From: an archaeon
GTDB lineage: Archaea; Aenigmatarchaeota; Aenigmatarchaeia; GW2011-AR5
Direction of reading: 5' to 3'
Assembly (NCBI GenBank): GCA_035290775.1
Contig: DATDTP010000015.1
Span: forward strand, 1 to 29,427
DNA: 29,427 nucleotides
A program made the translations under genes and the position numbers. The notes under the pieces are model-generated. The model searched no databases, was not told the origin of the DNA, and saw nothing but the letters and a program-made list of their open reading frames with translations. Below are positions 16,198-24,147 of this stretch, piece after piece (the first letter of the stretch is position 1; each line of letters opens with the position of its first letter).

Positions 16198-16527
16198 ATG
16201 GATATTTCAGAAATGAAGATAGTTCTAAAAGGAATAGAATCGGTGACATTCAGCAAACACTTCAGCGAGGAAAAAGCAAAATTGAGAGGAATTACCGAGG
16301 AAGAGATAAAGGATAGCATCAACTCAAATCAAAAGCTTGTAGGCGTGGAAGATCAGGGCGAAGAACCAAAAGGTCACAAATATGCACTTTTGTTCAGCAA
16401 ATCGCGCAAGTATGATTTGAGAGTTGTAGTATCTTTAAAAGACAACAAGGTAAATGTTATTACTTCTCATATACAAAATGTAAAGAGGAGAAAGGGGTAT
16501 GAAAAATGGCTAGAAAAGCTAAAGTAG
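16198..16527 (+). CDS. DUF4258-like protein (putative toxin)
   Basis: FSKHFSEEKAKLRGITEEEI..VVV..VIT pattern; overlaps the following DUF2283-like gene. Confidence 0.65.
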   Translation: MDISEMKIVLKGIESVTFSKHFSEEKAKLRGITEEEIKDSINSNQKLVGVEDQGEEPKGHKYALLFSKSRKYDLRVVVSLKDNKVNVITSHIQNVKRRKGYEKWLEKLK

Positions 16528-16859
16528 ATTACGACGAGGAAAGTGACATATTGTGGGCGTATAGCGGTGAGAAGGTTAAAGATAGCCTTGAAATCGACAA
16601 TTTTGTTATTGATTTTTCTATTGATGATAAAATTGTAGGCGTGGAAATAATGAATGCCTCAGAAGTTATAAGCAAACTTTCATTAAACAAAATAAGCAAA
16701 GAAATGCTATCCGGCATAAAGGAAGCCAGTTTAAGTTTCTACCAGAGTAGAGAACTTTTCTATGTTGTCGTAGGACTTGTCATGGCTGTTGACAATATAG
16801 TAAGGGAAATACCTATACAAATTCCAGCGCCTAGATTTGCTATGATTATGCATGGATAA
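16506..16859 (+). CDS. DUF2283-like protein (putative antitoxin)
   Basis: VDYDEESDILWAY..IDFSIDDKIVGVEIMNAS is the DUF2283 pattern. Confidence 0.75.
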   Translation: MARKAKVDYDEESDILWAYSGEKVKDSLEIDNFVIDFSIDDKIVGVEIMNASEVISKLSLNKISKEMLSGIKEASLSFYQSRELFYVVVGLVMAVDNIVREIPIQIPAPRFAMIMHG

Positions 16860-16948
16860 TAGAGTTTGTAATGTGAACTGTTATTCTTTGCCTTTACCTG
16901 TATCGAATAATTTAGTGTATTTTTACAAGATTGTGTTTCACTTCTTTT

Positions 16949-17671
16949 CTAGATTACAGCATAGCCCAGCAAAAATAAAATTGCTACCAGCAACGGCTGG
17001 TGAACTATGTATATCAGCAGCGAATGACGGCCTAGGAATGCGACAGTTTTGTCAATAAACATATTGTGCACTGACTTTGATTTTTTAATGCAGTTGCCGA
17101 TAAAAATCCCTATGAACACAAAGCCCGACCACGGAAGCAACGGGAAATAATCAAACGTCTGGAAGTCAAAAGGCAGAAGCCATAACAGATGCGGCAATTC
17201 TGCCTGTATGTAGATCCCGGCTGTTATGATGGCTAATCCTATGAGCAGGCTCAATTTTTTGTATTTCAGGAAGAAGGAAGATATTATTATTGACAGTCCT
17301 ATCAAATGCAGAATGCCGAACCATATTGTATAATTCTGGTATGTGAGATATGTCACTGCAGTTATTCCCAATCCTAGCAAAAATATTTTCCCTCCACGCA
17401 GGAAATACTTTTTGAAAATGAATTTTAGCGGCTTGTATTTTATCTTTTCATGGCTCAGTGCAAGCGAAATGCCTGCTATTGTTATGAATGATGCGGCAAT
17501 AATACGCGGAAAAAGCCACCAATAAAGCCAGGTGTTGCTGAAAAGACTCATTGCATTTGTCGGACCGCCTTTTATTGCGCCGATAAAACTCAATGCAAAC
17601 GACCAGTTGAATATCACCATTAATACGATGGCTATTCCGCGCAATGCATCTAGCTGGAGTAGGCGTGGCAT
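16949..17671 (-). CDS. DUF1624/HGSNAT-like membrane acyltransferase
   Basis: RLLQLDALRGIAIVLM, GILHLIG, DYFPLLPW, LGRHSLLIYIVHQP; multi-TM. Confidence 0.8.
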   Translation of the reverse strand: MPRLLQLDALRGIAIVLMVIFNWSFALSFIGAIKGGPTNAMSLFSNTWLYWWLFPRIIAASFITIAGISLALSHEKIKYKPLKFIFKKYFLRGGKIFLLGLGITAVTYLTYQNYTIWFGILHLIGLSIIISSFFLKYKKLSLLIGLAIITAGIYIQAELPHLLWLLPFDFQTFDYFPLLPWSGFVFIGIFIGNCIKKSKSVHNMFIDKTVAFLGRHSLLIYIVHQPLLVAILFLLGYAVI

Positions 17672-17721
17672 GCTAAGTTATTTCTGTATTATTATTAATG
17701 CTTTTTTATTGTTATTTTGAT

Positions 17722-18243
17722 ATGAGCGACAGAATCACAAGACGAGAAGATTTAGAAGCTTATTTAGTTACAAATCTTAAAACATACCAAAAGTACGCAA
17801 GGCGGTTATGTCGCGATTTGTATACTTTCGATGATGCTCATGATGTCATGGGCCAGGCAGTTGTGAATGCGCTTCAGCGTTTTCGTGGCTGTAATGATGA
17901 AGAGCACTTAATATCATGGCTTTACACCGTTGTTAGAAATACTTTCATTGATTTTCACAGACGTGAACATAGACGTACATTTAACAGAGCTGATTTTGAT
18001 TATGGTATGGCAGATATAAATCACTCCATGGATGGACAAAACCAAGAGCTTGAAAAAAGAAGCCAAAAACTTAAAGATGCAATTTTTTTGCTGCCGAACA
18101 CTCTTCGTGACGTAATGATTTTGCGCATTTACGAAGAATTGAGCTACAATGAAATTGCTTCAAGGCTTTCTTTACCTTATCCTACTGTAGTGGGACGTGT
18201 ACAACGTGCAACTGTACGCTTATCAAAGAATATTAAAATATAA
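17722..18243 (+). CDS. ECF (sigma-24-like) sigma-70 factor homolog 1
   Basis: Region 2-like DAHDVMGQAVVNAL..SWLYTVVRNTFIDFHRR; region 4-like LPNTLRDVMILR..LSYNEIASRL; ATG 17722 preferred over 17698. Confidence 0.8.
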   Translation: MSDRITRREDLEAYLVTNLKTYQKYARRLCRDLYTFDDAHDVMGQAVVNALQRFRGCNDEEHLISWLYTVVRNTFIDFHRREHRRTFNRADFDYGMADINHSMDGQNQELEKRSQKLKDAIFLLPNTLRDVMILRIYEELSYNEIASRLSLPYPTVVGRVQRATVRLSKNIKI

Positions 18244-18245
18244 AA

Positions 18246-19025
18246 TCATTGGGCTGGCAGCGGGGACAAGTCAGGGTAACCTGATTTTGGTTTCACTTCT
18301 TTTACCTTTGGCTGCAGCCTGTTCAGCTCTTCCTTGAACAGGTTCATTATGACTAGGCTGACGAGAAATATGTCAAGATAGGTGTTTGTTAACATTAAGA
18401 TAATGGAAATTACCGCAGCGCCTGCCCCGAAAATATGCTGGGCTTTGCTTGGAAAAGGCGATGTTTTCGGCTCAAGAAGCATGAAAAATGCAAAGAACCA
18501 TGTTACAGGCTCTGCTGCTGATAGTATGTTTGCTGATGATGGGAATGCCAGCATATTTAATGCGATAAAAACGATGAGGAATGTAAATGACATGCGCAAC
18601 CGTCCGATTTTATAAGCTATGAATATGCCAAGCGGTATTATCAATGGTGAAGCTGCCCACCATGCTATTCCTGCGCCGAACAGCGACAAGATCAATGCTG
18701 CCAGCGCAGCAGGATTGAATATGTTGATATTTTTATGCCGTATGATGTGCTTAAAAAATATTGCAACCAAAGCTGCTGCTATTGAAAACACAATGCTCGG
18801 AGCTATCAAAACTGCAAGAATAAGGCCTGTTATTGCAGCTTCATCTAGTATAGGCTTTGACTTTCTGATTTTTGCCGCAGCAAATTCTGCTGCTACTGCT
18901 ATAATAGGCGTTAATATTATATGAACCAATGCGCCAGTAGAAAAATGAATTCCAAGGCCAACCAACAGTATTGCAGAGAGAAAGACAAGCATGTATGTCT
19001 TGACGTTTAATTTTAAAATATTCAT
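18246..19025 (-). CDS. RnfD/NqrB-like multi-pass membrane protein (short, orphan)
   Basis: AITGLILA, KHII..NIFNPAALA, FAFFMLLEPKTSP motifs. Confidence 0.75.
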   Translation of the reverse strand: MNILKLNVKTYMLVFLSAILLVGLGIHFSTGALVHIILTPIIAVAAEFAAAKIRKSKPILDEAAITGLILAVLIAPSIVFSIAAALVAIFFKHIIRHKNINIFNPAALAALILSLFGAGIAWWAASPLIIPLGIFIAYKIGRLRMSFTFLIVFIALNMLAFPSSANILSAAEPVTWFFAFFMLLEPKTSPFPSKAQHIFGAGAAVISIILMLTNTYLDIFLVSLVIMNLFKEELNRLQPKVKEVKPKSGYPDLSPLPAQ

Positions 19026-19087
19026 CTGTTATTAGTTTAACTCTGCATCTTATATTCTTTTTGTGCATTGAAAATTAGGTTTTGAAA

Positions 19088-19633
19088 ATGGCTACTGCTA
19101 GCGTAAAGGATTTTGAAATATATATGGAAAATAATATGCCTTACTTGAGGCGCATTGCATCAAACGTTACGGGCTACGGGCATGCAATTGAACCAGATGA
19201 TTTGCTTCAGGATGCAATATATAGCGCATTTAAAAGACTTGAAACGTATCGAGGCGGACCAAATGATTTCAAGCCTTGGATATCAAGAATTATTAGAAAT
19301 GCATACATTGACGCATACAGGAGGGCAACAAGAGAAGTCTGCACGCAGCCTATTAAAGAAGCGGCAGAAATACAATGTCGCCGCTTGTCTCCTTTTGACG
19401 TTTTTTCAAAAGAACAAAGTGGTGCAAGAATTATTGCTGTTATTGATGGGCTACCGGATAACCTTGCTGAGGCAGCGAGATTGCGTTTTATTGACGACCG
19501 CAAGTATATAGAAATTGCAGAAACACTGAAAATTCCAGAAGGCACTGTGAAAAGCAGAATTAGCAGGGCAAGAGAGCTTATTCGCAGAAATCTTTTGGAC
19601 AGCGACCCGAATCTGCTTAATTATGATTTTTGA
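19088..19633 (+). CDS. ECF (sigma-24-like) sigma-70 factor homolog 2
   Basis: DDLLQDAIYSAF..FKPWISRIIRNAYIDAYRR and LPDNLAEAARLRF..YIEIAETLKIPEGTVKSRISRARELIR; ATG 19088 after AGGT. Confidence 0.85.
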   Translation: MATASVKDFEIYMENNMPYLRRIASNVTGYGHAIEPDDLLQDAIYSAFKRLETYRGGPNDFKPWISRIIRNAYIDAYRRATREVCTQPIKEAAEIQCRRLSPFDVFSKEQSGARIIAVIDGLPDNLAEAARLRFIDDRKYIEIAETLKIPEGTVKSRISRARELIRRNLLDSDPNLLNYDF

Positions 19634-19734
19634 ATTCTTCCGAAAGCTGCTAGGGTTTATTTCACTATGAATTCGAAAAGACATGCTCAAGAAATCTGCG
19701 GTTTCAACCGTAGATTATAGCGGGTATTTCATAT
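19627..19734 (+). repeat. Dispersed hairpin element family alpha, copy 1
   Basis: TTTTTGAATTC-N31-GAATTCGAAAAGACAT..AAGAAA-[TCTGCGGT TTCA ACCGTAGA]-..ATTTCATAT; homologous to 23050-23158 and 27901-28080. Confidence 0.8.
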
Positions 19735-19765
19735 TTAAATTTCTGATTCTTAGATGATGTTTATG

Positions 19766-19874
19766 GCTAGCCTTTTTCTTATAAAGAAAAATGTTACCGT
19801 CTGCAGAAAGCAAAGCTTTCTGAGAATTTGTAAAGGTAAGTTCTATAAAACTTTACAAAGTATCCAAAAAGAAA
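19766..19874 (+). repeat. Dispersed hairpin element family beta, copy 1
   Basis: GCTAGC-hairpin-GTTACCGT-[AGAAAGC AAA GCTTTCT; TTTGTAAAG..CTTTACAAA]-GTATCCAAAAAGAAA. Confidence 0.7.
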
Positions 19875-19887
19875 TGGTGTAAATATT

Positions 19888-20847
19888 ATGAGCGAGTATG
19901 ATGTTATTGTAATCGGCGGGGGAGCTGCGGGCCTTACTGCGGCTATTTTTACAAGCAGGAGAAAACTCAGGACATTGGTTGTAAGCATAGACACAGGCGG
20001 GCAGACAAACTTGACAAACAAGATATCAAATTACCCCGGATTTCTGGAAAAAAGCGGGCCAAAGCTCATGGGTATTTTTAAAAAACAGGCAGAGTCTACA
20101 GGAACTGAATTTGTCAACGGAAGATTTTCTAAAATGGAGAAAAAAGGCGAAGGCAAGGACCAGAAGTTTACTGTTTACCTTACAAACGGCGAATCATATT
20201 CTGGCAGGGTTCTTATTCTTGCCTATGGAAAGGTGCCGCGTGCTTTGGGCATACCTGGCGAGGAAAAGTTTGTTGGCAGGGGCGTGTCTGTAAGCGCTGT
20301 GCAAGACGCGCCGCTTTATGCCGGCAAGTGCGTAGCTGTAATAGGCGGGGGCAATTCTGCGCTAGAGTCTGCAGAGCTTCTGGCAGAGCTTTGCTCAAAG
20401 GTTTATCTTGTCCACAGGCGCCAGGAATTCAGGGCAGAGGAGATAACTGTTGAGCGCGTAAGACAGAAGAAAAACGTACAGTTTGTGCTTGATTCTGTGC
20501 CTTTGGAAGTTATTGGCGATGAAAAAGTTGAAAAGCTCGTAATCGAGCATGTTGTCAGCAAAGATAGGGCAGAGCTTGCGGTAGACGGGGTTTTCATAGA
20601 CATAGGCTTTGTGACAGACACTTCTGCTGTGAAAGATTTTGTAAAGACAAACGAGGCAGGCGAAGTGTTTGTAAATGCCTTTTGCGAAACATCGTGCCAG
20701 GGCGTATTTGCTGCAGGCGACATTACAAACATACCTTACAAGCAGACAATCGTATCTGCCGGCAACGGCGCTACTGCAGGCCTTTCTGCTTATTCATATC
20801 TGCAGAAACTGGACGGCAAGTCTGTGGTAAAGATAGACTGGAGCTAG
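19888..20847 (+). CDS. Thioredoxin-reductase-fold FAD/NADPH oxidoreductase lacking CxxC (FNR-like?)
   Basis: GGGAAG FAD motif, GGGNSA and HRRQEFRA NADPH motifs, GVFAAGD; SAVQD in place of CxxCD. Confidence 0.85.
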   Translation: MSEYDVIVIGGGAAGLTAAIFTSRRKLRTLVVSIDTGGQTNLTNKISNYPGFLEKSGPKLMGIFKKQAESTGTEFVNGRFSKMEKKGEGKDQKFTVYLTNGESYSGRVLILAYGKVPRALGIPGEEKFVGRGVSVSAVQDAPLYAGKCVAVIGGGNSALESAELLAELCSKVYLVHRRQEFRAEEITVERVRQKKNVQFVLDSVPLEVIGDEKVEKLVIEHVVSKDRAELAVDGVFIDIGFVTDTSAVKDFVKTNEAGEVFVNAFCETSCQGVFAAGDITNIPYKQTIVSAGNGATAGLSAYSYLQKLDGKSVVKIDWS

Positions 20848-20992
20848 CTTTCTTAAACGATATGACGCCGATGTATGGACGCACGAAGTGCGTCGTTGGC
20901 TCGCGTCGGTTTGTGTAAAGAAAGTTACCGTCTTGAGAGAACAAAGTTCTTTAAGACCCCACAAACCTTTGGTTTGTAAGGTATCAAAGAAA
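20843..20992 (+). repeat. Dispersed hairpin element family beta, copy 2 (with inserted hairpins)
   Basis: GCTAGCTTTCTT..AAGAAAGTTACCGT (20924-20931)..GTATCAAAGAAA; inner GACGCAC GAA GTGCGTC at 20878-20894. Confidence 0.7.
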
Positions 20993-21178
20993 AACTTACA
21001 GTAAAAAGTTTAATTAAAAATCAAAGAATATTATCTTTAGGTGAAACACATAAAATGTCTGCAAAGAAAGCCCTAAGGGAAAGAAAGGAATATTATTTGA
21101 AGTAAAATATCCAGAGAAAAACTATAAAATCCATTGCAAAGAAGCGGCTATAAATAATTGCTAATTTCTATAATTATT

Positions 21179-21388
21179 ATGTCAAGAAATTATACAGTAA
21201 TAGTAGAAAAAGATGAAGAAGGATGGCTTGTTTCTGAAGTAGTGGAACTTCCAGGCTGCCACACACAGGCTAAAACGTTAGACCAACTTATGGAAAGGAC
21301 AAAAGAAGCTATAACAGCATATCTGGAAGGCTATGAAAACGGAGAAACCTTTTTGCAATTTGTTGATGTTAAAAAAATAAAGGTGTAG
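21179..21388 (+). CDS. hicB: HicB-family antitoxin (short form)
   Basis: YTVIVEKDEEGWLVSEVVELPGCHTQAKTLDQLMERTKEAI; start ATG 21179 preferred. Confidence 0.85.
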   Translation: MSRNYTVIVEKDEEGWLVSEVVELPGCHTQAKTLDQLMERTKEAITAYLEGYENGETFLQFVDVKKIKV

Positions 21389-21391
21389 TTT

Positions 21392-21619
21392 TTGAAACTC
21401 CCGAAACTTACAGGAAAAGAGCTTGCAAAAATTGTAGTAAAATTTGGATTTGTTTACAGTCATACTATAGGTAGCCACATGGTATACAAGCATGTAGATG
21501 GCAGACGCGTGACTATACCCCATCATTCCGGCGAAGAAATAGGGCCAGGACTGTTAACAAAAATTATAAAGAAAGATCTTGGACTGACAAGAGAAGAGTT
21601 TATGAAATGCATAAATTAA
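21392..21619 (+). CDS. hicA: HicA-family mRNA interferase toxin
   Basis: LTGKELAK..GF..GSHMVYKH..VTIPHH..IGPGLL..I; TTG start after AGGTG RBS. Confidence 0.85.
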   Translation: MKLPKLTGKELAKIVVKFGFVYSHTIGSHMVYKHVDGRRVTIPHHSGEEIGPGLLTKIIKKDLGLTREEFMKCIN

Positions 21620-21656
21620 TAGTAAAGAACATTAATTTTGAGAGCTTTAATGCTAA

Positions 21657-22976
21657 TTATTCCCTGTGAGTTACGCTCGCCATGCAGCGCAGGCCAGCGT
21701 CTTTCCATAACCTGTCGTCTTCAAAACCCGAAACTTGCACCACTTGCTTGTGCTTAGACATTATATCAACGGCTCTGTCGTCTAAAACCCTGCCTATTTT
21801 TGCTATTCTTGGATTTTTGTTGTCGCTTCTTTTTGGCACATATATGGTATCAGACTCCTGCAGGTTGTTGCAATAAGTCATCATGTACAAATATCCGTCC
21901 CTGCTTTCAGTCAGCCAGAATGGGACAGGCACAATATTGTATCCTTGCTCTTCCATTTGTTTTCTTGTTCTCAGGAACCACTGTACGTACGGCTTGTTCA
22001 GCTTTTCATCTTGCGGCGTTACCAAGCGCGCCTTTCTTAATATATTTGCTGCTTCTGACGGGCTTGCAAGCATAATACTATCGTCGCTTATCGGCATTGC
22101 CAAAACATCAAGATGATCATATATGCTCATTTCCCTGGGCACATGCAAATCCCTGTAAGAGTGCCATTTTAAGCCGTCTGTTATTTTGCATAATTCCATG
22201 TCAATTTTATCGGTATCTAGATAGGTCATTGCTTCCTCGTATGCATTCATGCCTATGAAAACAGCCTTTCCGTTTGCCACAATTTGACCACCGACCAGGC
22301 CGTCTAATGCAGGGCCTTCTGCCTGCTTGTAACCGAGTTTAGCCCAAATATCATCTGCCAGCTGACGCCTGTTGTCAAATTTTAACTGGCCTATTACGCC
22401 TGTGCCCATGTATTTTCTTACGGGCGTCAAAATTTTTTCACCATCTTTAGCCAATGGTATAAAAACGTCTGTTGCAAACTCTGATATTAGATAGTCAACT
22501 TTTACCAAATCAACCCTGTCAGCAAACCTTTCTTTGAGCTGCCCGGCAGACCTGCCTTCGTAGACCTTTCTGTTGTTCCACTGGTGATAAAGCGCAGCAA
22601 CTTCAAGAAAATCGCAGAGCAGTTCATATTGCGGACCGGCTGCTAAATTGTGTAATTCTAATAAATGTTTCTGTGATATGAGGGCTTCATAGAATTGCAG
22701 AAGTTCTCTTGTGTTATTTGCTTTTCCTGCAAATTCCTCGTATAATGCAGCTCCGCCGCTTCTTAACAATCGTTTTAACTTTCTATCAAGCATTTCCCTG
22801 ACCTGTTCAGCGCCAGGGCTCTCGAAAATAACAAATCTTGCATATGGCAGCGCATCTATGGCAGATTCAACTGCCGAATGAAGAGGAGGAAAGTAGTTTA
22901 CCATGACTTCCTTTATCCTGCCTCGCGTGACGTCGTGCGGGCGGCCTACGTATTCCATGAATCGACTATAATGCAA
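21657..22976 (-). CDS. Divergent pentein-fold (amidinotransferase/arginine or agmatine deiminase-like) enzyme
   Basis: GGQIVANGKAVFIG, DHLDVLAMP, YCNNL and C-terminal AGLRCMAS match pentein catalytic motifs; N-terminal ~190 aa unrecognised. Confidence 0.65.
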   Translation of the reverse strand: MHYSRFMEYVGRPHDVTRGRIKEVMVNYFPPLHSAVESAIDALPYARFVIFESPGAEQVREMLDRKLKRLLRSGGAALYEEFAGKANNTRELLQFYEALISQKHLLELHNLAAGPQYELLCDFLEVAALYHQWNNRKVYEGRSAGQLKERFADRVDLVKVDYLISEFATDVFIPLAKDGEKILTPVRKYMGTGVIGQLKFDNRRQLADDIWAKLGYKQAEGPALDGLVGGQIVANGKAVFIGMNAYEEAMTYLDTDKIDMELCKITDGLKWHSYRDLHVPREMSIYDHLDVLAMPISDDSIMLASPSEAANILRKARLVTPQDEKLNKPYVQWFLRTRKQMEEQGYNIVPVPFWLTESRDGYLYMMTYCNNLQESDTIYVPKRSDNKNPRIAKIGRVLDDRAVDIMSKHKQVVQVSGFEDDRLWKDAGLRCMASVTHRE

Positions 22977-22985
22977 ATGCTTAAA

Positions 22986-23029
22986 AGAGCCCTTTTTTTT
23001 CTAAAGAAAGAAAACCCTCGGGAAAAGAA
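22986..23029 (+). repeat. Dispersed hairpin element family gamma, copy 1
   Basis: AGAGCCC-T-rich stem-CTAAAG-stem-CCCTCGGGAAAAGAA; matches 25491-25536. Confidence 0.7.
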
Positions 23030-23049
23030 CTATTTGGTTTCACTTTTTA

Positions 23050-23158
23050 TTTTTGAATTCTTCCGAAAACCGCTCGGCTTTATTTACAAACGAATTCGAA
23101 AAGACATCCACAAGAAACCCACAACTTTAGTTGTGGATAATCTGAGGGGATTTCATAT
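23050..23158 (+). repeat. Dispersed hairpin element family alpha, copy 2
   Basis: TTTTTGAATTC-N31-GAATTCGAAAAGACATCCACAAGAAA-[CCCACAAC TTTA GTTGTGGA]-TAATCTGAGGGGATTTCATAT. Confidence 0.85.
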
Positions 23159-23229
23159 TATTTGAAATAAAATCCCTCGGGAACAAAGAACAGAAGGCTT
23201 TATTAAAGCCTTTTTCTCCAAGCTTACTT

Positions 23230-23727
23230 ATGCCCCAAGTAACTAGGAGATTCATGCTTTCGCAGGTGTTTGCTGCCTGTAGCGAAGCGCAAAGAATAAT
23301 GAAGAAAAACGGGATAAAGGCTGTTGGAAGCCCGTTAGAGACACTGGAGGATGTTGGCAAGCGGAACGGCCTTGACAGCAGGAAGATAGACTCTATCGTG
23401 GATGAAATAAACAATATCATTGACAAGGGAACCGACTACAGCAAAATTATAATCAACATTACAGATTCTGGCGCTGAAGTGCTGAAAAACGAATTGAATA
23501 GAAGAAAGAAAAAGTATGTCTCCCTTCGCCTTGCGTCTGACACCGGGATTTATACCTATGACATGGACTTTTCCAACACAAGATCAGACAAGGAGATAGA
23601 AATCAAGTCAAACGGCATATTACTTGCCTTGGACAAGAAGACTTCTATGCTGCTAAGCGGCACGACAATCGATTTTGATCCTGTCCAGGGAGGGTTTGTT
23701 TTTCACAACCCGAACTTTAAGAAATAA
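23230..23727 (+). CDS. DUF1858-like domain fused to a HesB/IscA-like domain, lacking the usual cysteine ligands
   Basis: ETLEDVGKRNGLD (DUF1858-like); INITDSGAE..LDKKTSMLLSGTTIDF..GFVFHNPN (IscA-like), ending before CGCG. Confidence 0.7.
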   Translation: MPQVTRRFMLSQVFAACSEAQRIMKKNGIKAVGSPLETLEDVGKRNGLDSRKIDSIVDEINNIIDKGTDYSKIIINITDSGAEVLKNELNRRKKKYVSLRLASDTGIYTYDMDFSNTRSDKEIEIKSNGILLALDKKTSMLLSGTTIDFDPVQGGFVFHNPNFKK

Positions 23728-23761
23728 ATTTTTCTAAAAGTGTTGCCCAGACAATCTTTAT

Positions 23762-23847
23762 AGCTCACAAGGAAAAAGCATATTTTACTTCCTTGTGAGC
23801 TGTATGTTAACCAAATAAACAATATTCGATTTATTTATTTGGTTAAC
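23762..23847. repeat. Two tandem perfect inverted repeats (13 bp and 14 bp arms, both 14-nt loops)
   Basis: 23762-23774/23789-23801 and 23806-23819/23834-23847. Confidence 0.8.
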
Positions 23848-23898
23848 TATATCTTTATCTACTACCTTGCAGAATTAACTATAACGAGGTGAATTAAA

Positions 23899-23946
23899 AT
23901 GGCTGCAATGGCAAGAGCTGCAAAGAAAAAATCAAAGAGAAAGTAA
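23899..23946 (+). CDS. Putative 15-aa basic peptide MAAMARAAKKKSKRK
   Basis: GAGGTGA RBS at 23886-23892, 6 nt before ATG; long T-tract downstream (~23986-24003). Confidence 0.45.
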   Translation: MAAMARAAKKKSKRK

Positions 23947-24147
23947 TGGCTCATGCTTAATTTTCTGTTAAATCTTCAACACGCAAATATTTTTTTTTAT
24001 TTTAGGTTCATTTCATAGGTTTCTATGAATCTGAAATTTGTAGACCTTTATAACAAATACAAATCTTAATTATAATTGAATTTCAACGTCAAATTTGCTA
24101 TGTGGAAAGAACATAATAAAATGTTCGAAAATTGATGTTCTTGGCTG

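Noticed and set aside
21055-21105. Micro-ORF MSAKKALRERKEYYLK after AGGTGA
   Set aside because: Most of it is a partial gamma repeat and the RBS spacing is long (10 nt); likely incidental, though not excluded.
23186-23230. RNase P RNA 3' end (AACAGAAGGCTT..)
   Set aside because: No upstream GAGGAAAGTCC conserved region; the stretch is explained by hairpin repeats.
23899-23946. Ribosomal protein eL41 for the basic micro-ORF
   Set aside because: Lacks the MRxKWRKKR signature; only composition is similar.
24105-24125. GAACAT-N6-ATGTTC palindrome as another GGAACA-regulon site
   Set aside because: Inverted rather than phased direct arrangement, and located at a gene 3' end with no TATA/start in the expected position.
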